A stretch of 54,053 nt of DNA from Octopus bimaculoides. Taxonomy: Eukaryota. Where the stretch lies: NCBI RefSeq assembly GCF_001194135.2, contig NC_068998.1:34330270-34384322 (forward strand). The letters are read 5' to 3'. Position 1 is the first letter of the stretch, and each line of letters begins with the position of its first letter. The notes below the pieces were generated by a model, which saw nothing but the letters and a program-made list of their open reading frames with translations, was not told the DNA's origin and made no database searches. Positions 24,826 through 37,089 of this stretch are shown in pieces. The translations under genes were made by a program, and so were the position numbers.

Positions 24826-25404
24826 ATAGTTGCTGTTATTGTATTGCTGTCATGTCCTAGGTGTACCTTGCTTGCATGAAAACTATGATCGAAGATATTC
24901 TTTCCATGACTATCACTTCTTTTTAGAGGTGTGTAGGATTATGTTATTGTTTATTTAAGCTATGATTTAAGAGACCGTAACTGCTATTTTTAGCAGGTCA
25001 TCTCTGTTCATAGAAGCTTCCGCATTTTCAAATGAAGGGAATAGCAATTGCTAGCATAAACAAACAGATATTATTTGATGCTGCCAGCTTCAGTAAAACT
25101 GTGAGAGGGAAACAAGATTATGGGCCTTTGCTTTTTCAATTAAGATCTACTTTCTCATGGTTTAGCAGCAATTCCATTAAATTTGCAGAAACATAAAATG
25201 ACTATTAAATAAGAAAACAGTTGTTATAACATAGGGTATATGAGATAGATGCCATGGAATTTGCCCAATAATTTATATCTCTTACACCTCACTGCTTCAC
25301 TGAACAGATATGTTTACCAAAATTTATGACCATTTAAAACACAATTCTTGCTATTAGCTATTGTCTTCCTAGTTAAATCCCTATATCAATATTTGATAAT
25401 AATG

Positions 25405-25505
25405 TTGAGGATGATGAGGAAGATGATGATGACAATGATGATAATGACGACGATGACGACGACGACGACGACGATGATGATGATGATAATGATGATGATG
25501 ATGAT
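25405..25505. repeat. (GAT)n/(GAC)n trinucleotide repeat
   Basis: Read directly from the sequence. Confidence 0.95.
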
Positions 25506-26179
25506 TTCAGTAATATTTCCATCATAGTATTTCTCTACCATTATATTTCTTCAACAAGGAACATTGGCAGCATACACGGGAAAGAATATATAAATGGATG
25601 AATTAATTAATGTTTATGAATGCTTATGCATTGAGTGGCAATGTGTGTGTAATATACAATAGCAATATTTGTTGAAGGTTTCCTTTTACAGTTCTTTGAA
25701 AACATATATTGAGATTTACATACATTTAACTATTACAGGATCAAACATATTTCCACACCATCATTATCATCACAGCCATTGTCGTTGTCATTCTCCACAT
25801 CATCATCATCAGTGACATTATTATCACCTCCAAACTCCAGCCTGGCTCAAGTATGAACCAGGTGCATTTTATCATGCCACTAGCTTATTAAAATACAACC
25901 AGCCAATGATGTAAAGTGAGGGATTGTCAATGGCAGGGATTAAGTGTCCTTGCTACTTTGTATCATTTTTTTAAATATTTGGAGTTACAACTCTCTTACT
26001 ACAAGCCACATCATAGGTTACCTGTGGTGTGTCTTGCAGTATCCATGCTCTCTCTTGTCTCTTCCTTTACTTATATTTAACAGTTTTTTGCAAATGTAAA
26101 CTCTTTTTGTCCCCACTTGGTTTATTGCTAGAGATTACTCGTGCCAAGACTAAGGTCTTAACTTCTACCCTGTATATTA

Positions 26180-26410
26180 TCATCATCATCATCATCATAA
26201 TCATTACCACTATTTAACAACCATCTTCCATCCTGGCATGAGTTAGGCAGTCCAACAGGATGTGATGAGTTGGTTGCCTGCAGAATGCTCCAATATCTGC
26301 TTTGGCATGGTTGCTATGACAAGATACAATTAATGTCAACCACTTTACAGCGTGAACTGGATGATTTTCTTTCTTTTTTTTGTGTGGTATCAGCACTGTG
26401 ATACCCCACC
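26180..26410 (-). mobile_element. RTE tail element with (CAT)n end
   Basis: (cat)n..tttaacaaccatcttccatcctggcatg..gctttggcatggtt, the reverse complement of the tail at 2600-2790. Confidence 0.7.
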
Positions 26411-26580
26411 TCAACTAAGTGAGAGTATAGTAGAGAAAGAGGCAGCTTTATGAAAGAAGTGACAGGAACAGGATTTTTGCAATAGGGTAGATGCAGGACA
26501 CCTCACATTATATATTTGTGGAAGGGAATAATTGTGTTAGGACTGAACAAAGAGATAAAGAAGGTGGTGACAGTGCGTCT

Positions 26581-26787
26581 TATTTCTTTACTGCCCACAA
26601 GGGGCTAAACATAGAGGGGACAAACATGGGATTAAGTCGATTACATCGACCTGAGTGCGTAACTGGTACTTAATTTATCGACCTCAAAGGATGAAAGGCA
26701 AAGTCGACCTCAGCGGAATTTGAACTCAGAACATAGCAGCAGACGAAATACCGGCGTGTTAACGTTTCTGCCAGCTCACTGCCTTAA
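26581..26787 (-). mobile_element. SINE family B (alternative 3' tail) with a 16-bp TSD
   Basis: TSD tggtgacagtg(c/t)gtct at 26565-26580 and 26788-26803. CpG-rich, little-decayed body. Confidence 0.93.
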
Positions 26788-26803
26788 TGGTGACAGTGTG
26801 TCT

Positions 26804-27400
26804 GAGTGTCTTCTTAAGACACACAAGAAAAGTAAATAGAAGAGTGTGGGGAGTGGGGACACAAGATCAGAAAGACTGAATGCATACAAGTTGCAAGAGT
26901 GTGTTAGGTGAGTTAGAGCTGGAAGTTGTGAATAATGTGCAAGAGTAAATGTAAGTTGGAGGGAAGATGATAATAATGGGAAGTGGATGCCAATAAAAGT
27001 GACTTAGGGAAATGGAGGTGATTGATGACTGGCAGTTCTGAAAGAGAGAAGAGCAGAATAATATTAATATAGTTTATAGAGTAAAGATGGGAGGTAGGGA
27101 ACTGACAGGTGGGGCTGGTTGGGTGGGTAAAACTTACAAGTGTGTTGGGGTGAATGTGAGATGTATATTGACAGCGATGTAGGTGATCAGAAGTAAATAG
27201 AAATGAGTTATCAGAGGGTGGTTCAGGGGAGAAGAAGAGATAAACTTATAACATAAAAAAGTTTCTGAAGGGGGACCAATGGGAAATGTGAATAGGGGAA
27301 GGATTATGTCAAGAATTAAGGTTGGATGTGTAAAGGAAGTTCTTCCAGGAAGTGGGATAGATAACTGGTAGCAGAAAAGAGAATGAAGTCTAATTCTGCT
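26804..27400 (-). mobile_element. Possible heavily decayed Penelope-like GIY-YIG/3' region
   Basis: Purine-rich plus strand. The minus strand shows only weak motif remnants (PSETFLC, LITYIAV, LPVINH, LTFTLA) in the order expected for a PLE C-terminus. Confidence 0.3.
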
Positions 27401-28347
27401 CTCATTTAATTACAGCAGCAGTGAGTGTCTGTGCATTTGCATATGTGCACATGTGCCACTCTGTGTGTATGTGTGTGTGTGTGAGTGTGTGAGTGCGTGT
27501 GCATAGGTGTGTGTGTGTGTGTCTGCATGCATGCATATATTTATGTATGAAAATGCATTCAACATTTATTATGGTGCTTCAAGTAATATAGAATTGAGCC
27601 CTGTTGATATATAAATTAACACACAGACACACATATACACAAACACACATATATATATACATAGACACACACACAGATGTATACATGCACATACATAGAT
27701 ATAGATAGACATCATTATGCTCCTCCTTATTTCTTAGCATTTCCTGCTTGAAGCTGTAGGATTTTAAACTTTTGTGAAGAGAAGGCACCATAACAATTCC
27801 TGATGATTCTTTAATGAGAAACAGAACAAGTCACTTCAATCCTCCCTGCAAGCCTCCAAAGACTTTTGGTCTATACTTGGATTCTAGCAAAACGAAGTGT
27901 TTGAGTGTGTGTGCTTTCATACATAAAATATATAATGAAGAGAGAGTGAGGTGCCTTTCATATATGAATTTCTTTGTTGATTGCTAAGTATAGCCTTAAT
28001 TATAATCAAAGTGGTCTATTTTGATTGAAATGAGAGCAATTTGTAAAAGCTGCTATACACAGACTTCTCCCTTTTTGATACCTATAACCAAGATCTGAGA
28101 GTCAAAAACAGAGCTTTTATGCGATCATTTATTCTGCCCAAAATAGTATCTAAATCTCTCCTGTACGACTTCAAAACAGATAGTACACATTCAAGAAGCC
28201 CTTGATACACAAAAGATCATTGGTTCATGCTTAAAATGTCTTTGTAGACCAGTTTGATTAGATTGACTTGCAGCTAAACAAAAAACAGAAACAGCAACAA
28301 CCAAGATCAAAAGTAAATGTCAGTTAATTTTTGCATAAAGTTATTAC

Positions 28348-28465
28348 CATGGCTGTGTGATTGAGAAACGGGCTTCTCAACAGAATTCCACTGCACGGCT
28401 GCTATGGAATGTGTCTTCTACTATAACCTAGGGTAGACCAATGCCTCATAAGAGGAATTTGGTTG
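28348..28465 (+). mobile_element. SINE family A 5' fragment
   Basis: catggctgtgtg..ccactgcacgg..gtgtcttctactataacc..gaggaatttggt. Confidence 0.65.
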
Positions 28466-28789
28466 CCACCATCATATATGCACACACACACACACAGACA
28501 TGCACATACACATATACACACACACAAACAATTAAACAAGTGTGTTTGTTTTTTTGTTTTCACATTTACACAGGTTAAGCAGCTGAAATGTTGGGTTAAT
28601 TCCTCCATTAATAAAAAGTTTGGCTTTCCAATGGCTTGCTGGGAAGTGTGAGCAGTGGAATAAATTAATGACTTGAAATCAAAGGGGGTTTGGCAAAAGA
28701 TAGGGCATCCAATAATAGAATGTTACATAAGTAAATCTAATCCAACTTGTGCTAGCATAGAAACAACAAGAGTAAGAGTGATGTTGGCT

Positions 28790-28840
28790 TTGGTGATGGT
28801 GATGGTGGTGGTGGTGGTGGTGGTGGTGGTGGTGGTAGCA
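28790..28840. repeat. (GGT)n repeat
   Basis: Read directly from the sequence. Confidence 0.95.
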
Positions 28841-29073
28841 ATTCTAGGAATGATGACAATCATACTGGTGATGAGGCTGGCTGTACTGTTACTGTTTATG
28901 AGAAAGTAGCACCAAAATTAGAAGATAGATGATTTAATAATGGATTTAATGCATCAATCTATGAAGGTGCTTATGTACTTTTACACAGCAAGGAAACAAA
29001 ATAAGATATATGCATATAATCATATATATATATACATACCTACAAATACTTATATAAATTACGTATGTATGTG

Positions 29074-29105
<32 letters not shown>

Positions 29106-29994
29106 TGTATGTGTATATACATACATATATATATATACATATACATATACACACATGTGCAAATATATATATACATATACATGAATGTATTTACACACAC
29201 ATACATGCCCACATAACTGATCAGAAAATAAAACCTGTCAACAAGGAATATGTATAATAATTATTTTCTTAAATTTTTATATATTTTATACATAATATAT
29301 ATAAATAAATATAATATATAATATATTTATGTATAAAGTATTTTCTATGTATTTTCATTTCAGTTCCTTTTGTTGTTGTTGTTGTGATTATTAATAATAT
29401 TACTATTGTTATTATTATTGTTGATATTTTTTCAACGTATTATATCAGAAAATATAGTTTTGTTCAAACTATAAAACTCTACAGAAAACTATAAAACTAC
29501 AGAAATACTTAGAGATAAAACAAAAAGCAAAATGAAGAAGGCAAACCATGTAGGAAATAACAAAATAGATTCATCTCCATTACCACGTTTATCTGTGACA
29601 AGATGATACGACAGAAATAACTTCTGTTAAGCTTTATTCTCTGAAATGAAAATGATGAAATGATCATAAAATTATATTAAGAGCTCATAGCATACTTTAT
29701 AAGTTTATGCAAATATATAATAAATAAGAGAGGTTACTGCCATGTGTCATATTAAGATGGAATATATAATCAATACATGCTTAACATGTGGTGCAAATTT
29801 GGTAAAGTTCCAATTATTTATTGCATATATGTTGCATTTTATTTTTGCTTGCTATAATTTAATATTATTTTTCTGTATAGTTGCAGGTGGTGGTTGTGTG
29901 TGTGTGTGTGTGTAGTGATACTGAGGATGATGATGATAATGTTGGTGATGATAATGATCCCTACTATATTTGTATATATCTATATGCACATATA

Positions 29995-30038
<44 letters not shown>

Positions 30039-30760
30039 GGTTTAGTGTTTTGAGAATTTAAACTGAAACTTACTTGAGAAAATTTCCTTTCACAGATACA
30101 CTTTAACACACATGGAGAGACACACATATAGACACACAACATGTGAACAGGTATACGTACATTTTTAAAATGAAGCAGAGCTTAAGAATGAGAAATAGAA
30201 TTATTTTATTGGATTCAGTTTTTTATAGAATATTTCATGTAAATCTTAAAATATACAGAATAATCATATGTGTGGGTGTATGCATGTGTATGTATATTTA
30301 CATTATGTGAGGTGTAAGATCTGATAACTAAAAACTTGCTACTGGTAACCATGAAATCCTGTACAACCTATTGCATGGTCAGGTCATTGGCAAGTATGCT
30401 GATAACCCCATTTGGCCTACTTGGTTGAGGAGGGTAATTTTTAGACACCATTCAGGAAGAAAGAAATCTCTCAAAGGGTAGATGAACTTATGAAAGTCAG
30501 TGGTCATTCAATAGTGTGTGTGGGTGTATACACACACACATATATATGTATGAATATACACACAAACACACACACACACACATGTAAATATATAAAATTT
30601 AAATTTAATTTAAAATAAAATTTAAAATAAGCAGAAAATGGAGAAAACTTTTGATCAACAAACAAATTGACCAACACTGGTTAATCATTTTTTTAATACA
30701 GACATGCATAGATGTCATCTATGCATGTTGTCCTCTGCGAAGACAACAGTTAAGCCCCCC

Positions 30761-30863
30761 NNNNNNNNNNNNNNNNNNNNNNNNNNNNNNNNNNNNNNNN
30801 NNNNNNNNNNNNNNNNNNNNNNNNNNNNNNNNNNNNNNNNNNNNNNNNNNNNNNNNNNNNNNN
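30761..30863. other. Assembly gap
   Basis: N run. Confidence 1.
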
Positions 30864-31873
30864 GACAACAAGTGTAGTTTAGAGTAGAACTTCTGCTGTC
30901 AGTAGTCGTTTTGAAATATTACACTTTTGGGCATCACTGAAGTGAGTTTCCTTGAGCACAAATAGAGGTAATTTTCTTTGTGGCCCTTGTTTGTGGAGAT
31001 AAATAAGAATGTCTTCATTTTGGTGGCATGGCTGAAAAGAGCGAACGATTAAGGAACATATAAGATGGAAGACATAGCAATTTGAAGTTGTGCATTGCAT
31101 AATTTGATTTTTTAGTAACGAATGAAAAGATGTGGAAAAATTCATATGTCAATTTGTATAGTGTTATTATGAGAAGCGGTAAACTGTGAATGATTTGGCT
31201 ATGTTCTGTCTTGATAAGCTGATATATAGTGGAATGGATTACTGGTGTAATGGAAGTTATTGTTTGTCCAGAAGTAAAGGTGGGGGGGGGGCGAAATCTG
31301 CAGGGAAGTGATTTATGTTCTTAAGAAGGATCACAAACTATGTACAGTTTCATGGAATAAAAAGGGGTTAATATGATTTTGCCTAGAAATCAGATATTCA
31401 AAATTATAATTCCCCACTTCCCACTGTAGATTCCTAATTTTTAACTGTTTTTCAAATTTTGTTTTTATGCACGTGGTAAAATATAGAGATTACAAATATG
31501 GGAAATATAATTTGCTTTTGAAAATTTAATTTTTCTGAAAGAAATATTGAATGCCTCTTCCCCCACCTTGGTGACCCATCAGCTACCCACTTTGAGGTGA
31601 AATGCAAATCTCCTGTATGGAAAACATAGGGATGTGAGTAAATTGAGGAAAGAAATAAGTTGGGGGTGGGGTATGGAAATGTCATCTTGGACATGCTAGA
31701 AACAACAAGCAAAGGACAGGATTTCTGAGATAACTTCCTTGAAAGTTTAAATGGAAGATTAGGTTTTGAAATACACTCATCACAAACAAGAATGACAGAA
31801 CAGAGGATGGTAATTTCCGTAGGATTTGAGCTGTAATTTAGCACATAGCAAAATATGACATAATTCATACAGA

Positions 31874-31910
<37 letters not shown>

Positions 31911-32765
31911 GTGTGTGCGTGTGTGTGTGCCAAATGAAGTTATTTTTGCATACTTTTCGAATTCCAAAAGAAGGAAATGTAGTGAAGTTGTAATATGTTG
32001 ACAGCATAAGGTCTCCGTACTTTACTAGAAATTGAAACAGAAAGATAATGCCTAATTCTACACATGCATGAAACATGGGATAAAAGTGAAAATGACCTTA
32101 AAATTGTGTGACATGACCTCATTTCTGGGGTTCATGGTGTCCCCTTCTCTCCCACTTTGCCCCTCTCTTTGTGCTGGCTTTCTTTCACTTTCAACTATAG
32201 AACATACATAGGGTATGAAACATCAGCGTCTGTCTCTCACCCACTATCCGTCTTTCAAATTCAATAGAAACTTGTTTCCTGTCTCTTTTTCTTTCTCTTG
32301 TCACTCTGCCTTTTTCTCATTCTGCGTTTCTCTCAGTCATTCCGTAAAAATTAATTCCTTTATGTTTTAAAGAGAGAAGAAATTGAAAGAAAAGAGAAAG
32401 CGAAAAGGGAAGAGAGAGCAGAAAGTGAAGGAAATGAGAACGTGAAAGATGTATGTACGTGTATATGTGTGTGTGTGCACTAGAGAGAGAGAGAGAGAGA
32501 GAGGTAGAGTGAGTGAGTGAAGGTGTGTGCCATGATGACGTATGTCTTTTAAGGTACACACTCATAGAAAATGTAATGTCGTCGCCGTTGTCGTATAAAG
32601 TGTTTACGATAGTTGACTTATAGAAAAGATTATGATTTTAAATTTTTGTAATGCAAATATGTCAATGAAAATAAAGTTTAGTTAGTAGTGGAAATAGTAC
32701 TGAATCTTTTGATACTCCATACGTTAAAATCAGCAACTTGTTTTTGGAATGCATAAGGAACATAT

Positions 32766-32798
<33 letters not shown>

Positions 32799-33564
32799 TA
32801 AAAACTCTCTTTTATAGATATAGATAAGAGGCAGCTGATGGTGGATGTGTATATGTGTATATCTGATATTTTTTTCCTCAGGATATCTTTTATATCTTGT
32901 GGTCTCATTATTTTAAGTTGTCCTCCATTCTAATATGGCTCAACTTCTTAAAGGTTCTTGTTTTTTTTTTCTTTATAATGGCTTTTTTGTTATATCATGC
33001 TATACATTGACACTGCATGATTGTCTTTTAGTGAGATTCTAATTATTGCAAAGGTTAACTCTTAGTTAAGGGTTTCCAGTTTAAGGAGATTTTGTTGCAT
33101 ACGTACTAAAAACATGATTGTTATCAATGTTTGTTTCTGGTGGTTGAAATAGGAATATTCAAAGGTATGTTGAGAATTAAACTATCCCTTAGTGACCTAT
33201 CTAGGGCTTCAAGTGGACCATGGTGTGTCATTGTGCATTCATCCCTGACAATAAGTGTAGTTTAGAGTATATGTTAAACTTATATTACAACATTCCATAA
33301 TAAAACTGGAAATAATACTCGAGCAGCCCCTAGTAAACAAAATGATGACAGAAAGTCAACAAGAGAAATTTCTTAGGAAAAGGTTGGAAATCCTGTCAAA
33401 TGATATTATGAAGATAAGACAATTCTAGTTAAGCAAAAATAATAAGGTAACAAAACCTCAAGCCAAGTATTCCAACAATTACATTTTATTCAGAAAAACA
33501 AAAGATTATCACTACTAAATTCTGGCAAGTTTTCTTTGACCACAGTTTCCAAACAAATGGACAC

Positions 33565-33838
33565 TTGTCTTTCCCCTTTTATTTCTTTCAGTCATCATAC
33601 TGTGGCCATGCTGGGGCACCACTTTGAAGAATTTTTTGGTCGAATGTATTATCCCCAGTACTTATTCTTTGGCCTTGGTACTTATTCTATCATATTCGTA
33701 TACCAAACCACTAAGTTATGGGGATGTAAACACACCAACACGGTATGTTGTCAAGTGGTGGTGGTGGTGGTGGGGGGACAAACACATATACAGGCATGCA
33801 CACACACACATGCACATGGCAGGCTTCTTTCAGTTTCT
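33565..33838 (-). mobile_element. SINE family A 3' part
   Basis: tttctttcagtcatcatactgtggccatgctgg..ctaagttatggggatgtaaacacacc..ggcttctttcagtttc. Confidence 0.85.
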
Positions 33839-34050
33839 TATTTCTTTACTGCCCACAAGGGGCTACACACAGAGGGGACAAACAAGGACAGACAAACGGA
33901 TTAAGTCGATTACATCGACCCCAGTCCATAACTGGTACTTTATTTATCGATCCGAAAGGATGAAAGGCAAAGTCGACCTCTGCGGAATTTGAACTCAGAA
34001 CGTAACAGCAGACGAAATTCAGCTAAGCATTTCACCCGAAATACTGCTAA
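33839..34050 (-). mobile_element. SINE family B (alternative tail) abutting the SINE A fragment
   Basis: tatttctttactgcccacaagggg..ttaagtcgattacatcgacccc..gcggaatttgaactcagaacg. Confidence 0.9.
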
Positions 34051-35323
34051 GCATATTCAGTAAAGAGAAAGGTATGTGTACAAAATTCATCAAATGTACA
34101 ATTATTTACATGAACAGAAACTATATTTGTAACATGTATATCAAGTTTGGTGAAAGTCATGCCAAAAATACTTCTGCTAGAAATAGTAGTAAAAAATGAG
34201 ATATTCTCTTAAGAACTGTGTCCAAAAAATAATAAAATTTTCTTTCTGGATTTTTCTCATGCATTGTATTTTTGTAAATGTATGTATATCTGTGTGCTTG
34301 TGGAGTGCACATGTTTGTGTGTTAAAGTATGTTGCTGAATGATAATTTCCCCAAGTTAGCTTTTGTTTTATTTCTCATCATACACAACTGCACATGTGTG
34401 TGTGTATGTGTGTGTGGTGTGTGTGTGTGCATGTGTGTGTGTGCATGTGAGTGTGTGTGTGTACATATATGTATGTAGTACATCTCAAATAAACATATCA
34501 ACATATAATACAAGGAACAAAATAGAAAAATACAGGAATGTCCAGCAAAGATATTTTGTTTGCTACCACAGTCAATACTTTTATATTTAGTTGGAAAATA
34601 AGAGATGAAAGTCCTTGAAAAAATCACAGAAAAAATTTACAACTAGTTGTTTGCTTCCTTTTGTTAGAAGGAACTTTTAGCCAAGCAAATTGCTGGAGTT
34701 GAAATTCAAGCTAAATAGGAATTGAGAAACAATGTTTGAGAGTACTCTCCATGGACGTATGGTAAGTGAGTCATTTTGACCAGTTAAATCTAACAGCATA
34801 ATACTTGTAGATTTCTTTCTAAAGACTTTAGGGTAAGTATAGCAGATGAGCTTGTACTGAATTGCTGTTCTGACACAAGTGTAAATTCAATGTGTATGAA
34901 AATGAAGCAACAAAGATGAGCTGCAGAAACATTTTTATAAGGATACTGGAGATGTGATTTGGTTTGAGAAAGAAGTGTTGGTTCATGCAATCCCTGGATT
35001 ATCTTCTGTTAGTCAGAGAACTTTCAGTTCACTCGGTGGAAGCTTATAAGACTATGTCTACATCTAGTTCACACTAGTTTGCACATGTTTGCTTGTTGAC
35101 TGCAACTGGTTGTTGAACAGAAAAGTAAAACTAACAAAAGAGCTACTATCTGAACAAAATAAACATTTTGGCAGCAAAACAGGAAAATTAGTGACATGAC
35201 TACTTTTAGTTGACAAAACACTATGATCTCTTCATCTCTAGTATATTCTTCTAAGAAGAAATATATATGAGCTGGGGCAAAGTGACTTTACTGTGAGCAA
35301 ACAGCATCTGACTCTAATATATG

Positions 35324-35361
<38 letters not shown>

Positions 35362-35415
35362 TCGTTTGTAGAACCATAAATCCGAAGAAACACACTCTAA
35401 GATGTAGAGCAGTAT

Positions 35416-35617
35416 ATATTAAAAATGAGGAAGGCCAGTTTATGGGATTATCCTGGATTTCCCACCCATAAAAGGTTTAGCTTTATGGCATATCATCACA
35501 CTCCAAAACCTGTTGGCCATCAGATTTTCAAGGCTGATGATATGCCATAAAGCTAAAGTGTTTATGGATGGGAAACCTAGGGTAGTCCCATAAACTGACC
35601 TTCTCCATTTTTAATAT
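35416..35617. repeat. Fold-back element, 83-bp arms and 36-nt spacer
   Basis: 35416-35498 vs 35535-35617 are reverse complements (atattaaaaatg..agtttatggga..ctttatggcatatcatca). Confidence 0.92.
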
Positions 35618-35954
35618 GTGTGTGTGTATGTAGAAGGTTTAAAAGTAACACACGAGTTGATATGCATAAGGAAAATAAGACAGTGTAGAAAATGCTAAAA
35701 TAATTTTATCATGAAATACATTTTGTAACGGTTAGTGCTGGTTTTGTCATTTCGTCTTTTTTAACTAAGAGGAAAACAAAGGTGGATATTAATTAAGAAG
35801 AAAAACAATTAAACTGAAGAAAAATTAAATGAAATGCTTTGTAAACATTTTCATAGTCTTCAAATACGTAGGGCAAATATGTAGGGCTTTTAGGTCACTT
35901 GACCATTAAAGTAGATTCCACACACAGTCTCTACTACAGGGTCATACCACTCCT

Positions 35955-36007
35955 GTCTTCTTCTTCCCCTCTTCCTCCCCCTCCCCCTCCTCCTCCTTCT
36001 TCTTCTT

Positions 36008-36040
<33 letters not shown>
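35955..36040. repeat. (CCT)n/(TCT)n repeat
   Basis: Read directly from the sequence. Confidence 0.95.
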
Positions 36041-36192
36041 CCTTCCTCGGCTGCTACTGCTTAAACTATCAAACTTCAAACCAAATATTTCTCTACATCC
36101 TTAAACACTATTTTTTCAGATCCTACTGAGCCTTCAGGAAATATTTACAAAGCATTTCATTTGTTTTTTTTTTTTCAATTTAATTATTTATC

Positions 36193-36810
36193 NNNNNNNN
36201 NNNNNNNNNNNNNNNNNNNNNNNNNNNNNNNNNNNNNNNNNNNNNNNNNNNNNNNNNNNNNNNNNNNNNNNNNNNNNNNNNNNNNNNNNNNNNNNNNNNN
36301 NNNNNNNNNNNNNNNNNNNNNNNNNNNNNNNNNNNNNNNNNNNNNNNNNNNNNNNNNNNNNNNNNNNNNNNNNNNNNNNNNNNNNNNNNNNNNNNNNNNN
36401 NNNNNNNNNNNNNNNNNNNNNNNNNNNNNNNNNNNNNNNNNNNNNNNNNNNNNNNNNNNNNNNNNNNNNNNNNNNNNNNNNNNNNNNNNNNNNNNNNNNN
36501 NNNNNNNNNNNNNNNNNNNNNNNNNNNNNNNNNNNNNNNNNNNNNNNNNNNNNNNNNNNNNNNNNNNNNNNNNNNNNNNNNNNNNNNNNNNNNNNNNNNN
36601 NNNNNNNNNNNNNNNNNNNNNNNNNNNNNNNNNNNNNNNNNNNNNNNNNNNNNNNNNNNNNNNNNNNNNNNNNNNNNNNNNNNNNNNNNNNNNNNNNNNN
36701 NNNNNNNNNNNNNNNNNNNNNNNNNNNNNNNNNNNNNNNNNNNNNNNNNNNNNNNNNNNNNNNNNNNNNNNNNNNNNNNNNNNNNNNNNNNNNNNNNNNN
36801 NNNNNNNNNN
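36193..36810. other. Assembly gap
   Basis: N run. Confidence 1.
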
Positions 36811-36983
36811 CATTTGCAGTTTACCTAATCGGCAGCAAATACAAAAAATGCCGATTTTTTTTCAGAAATTAGCCAAAAAAATTTATCATTATTAATAAAT
36901 TATAGGGTAGCAAAAAAATTTTAGAAATTTTTATTTACCACCAGTGGTCTAGCGAGAAGAAAGAATCAGTCAATAGACTATTT

Positions 36984-37026
<43 letters not shown>

Positions 37027-37089
37027 TGCACACAAATGGAGACACACACATACGCATATGTAAGGGCAACAGACCAAATCCATGGCTAG

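Noticed and set aside
25405-25505. Poly-Asp coding region
   Set aside because: Simple (GAT/GAC)n repeat without a flanking open frame or splice support.
31452-31967. 171-aa minus-strand ORF and the GTGAGT donor near 31633
   Set aside because: The ORF begins in a (CA)n tract and has no recognisable domain; the plus-strand exon candidates contain stops.
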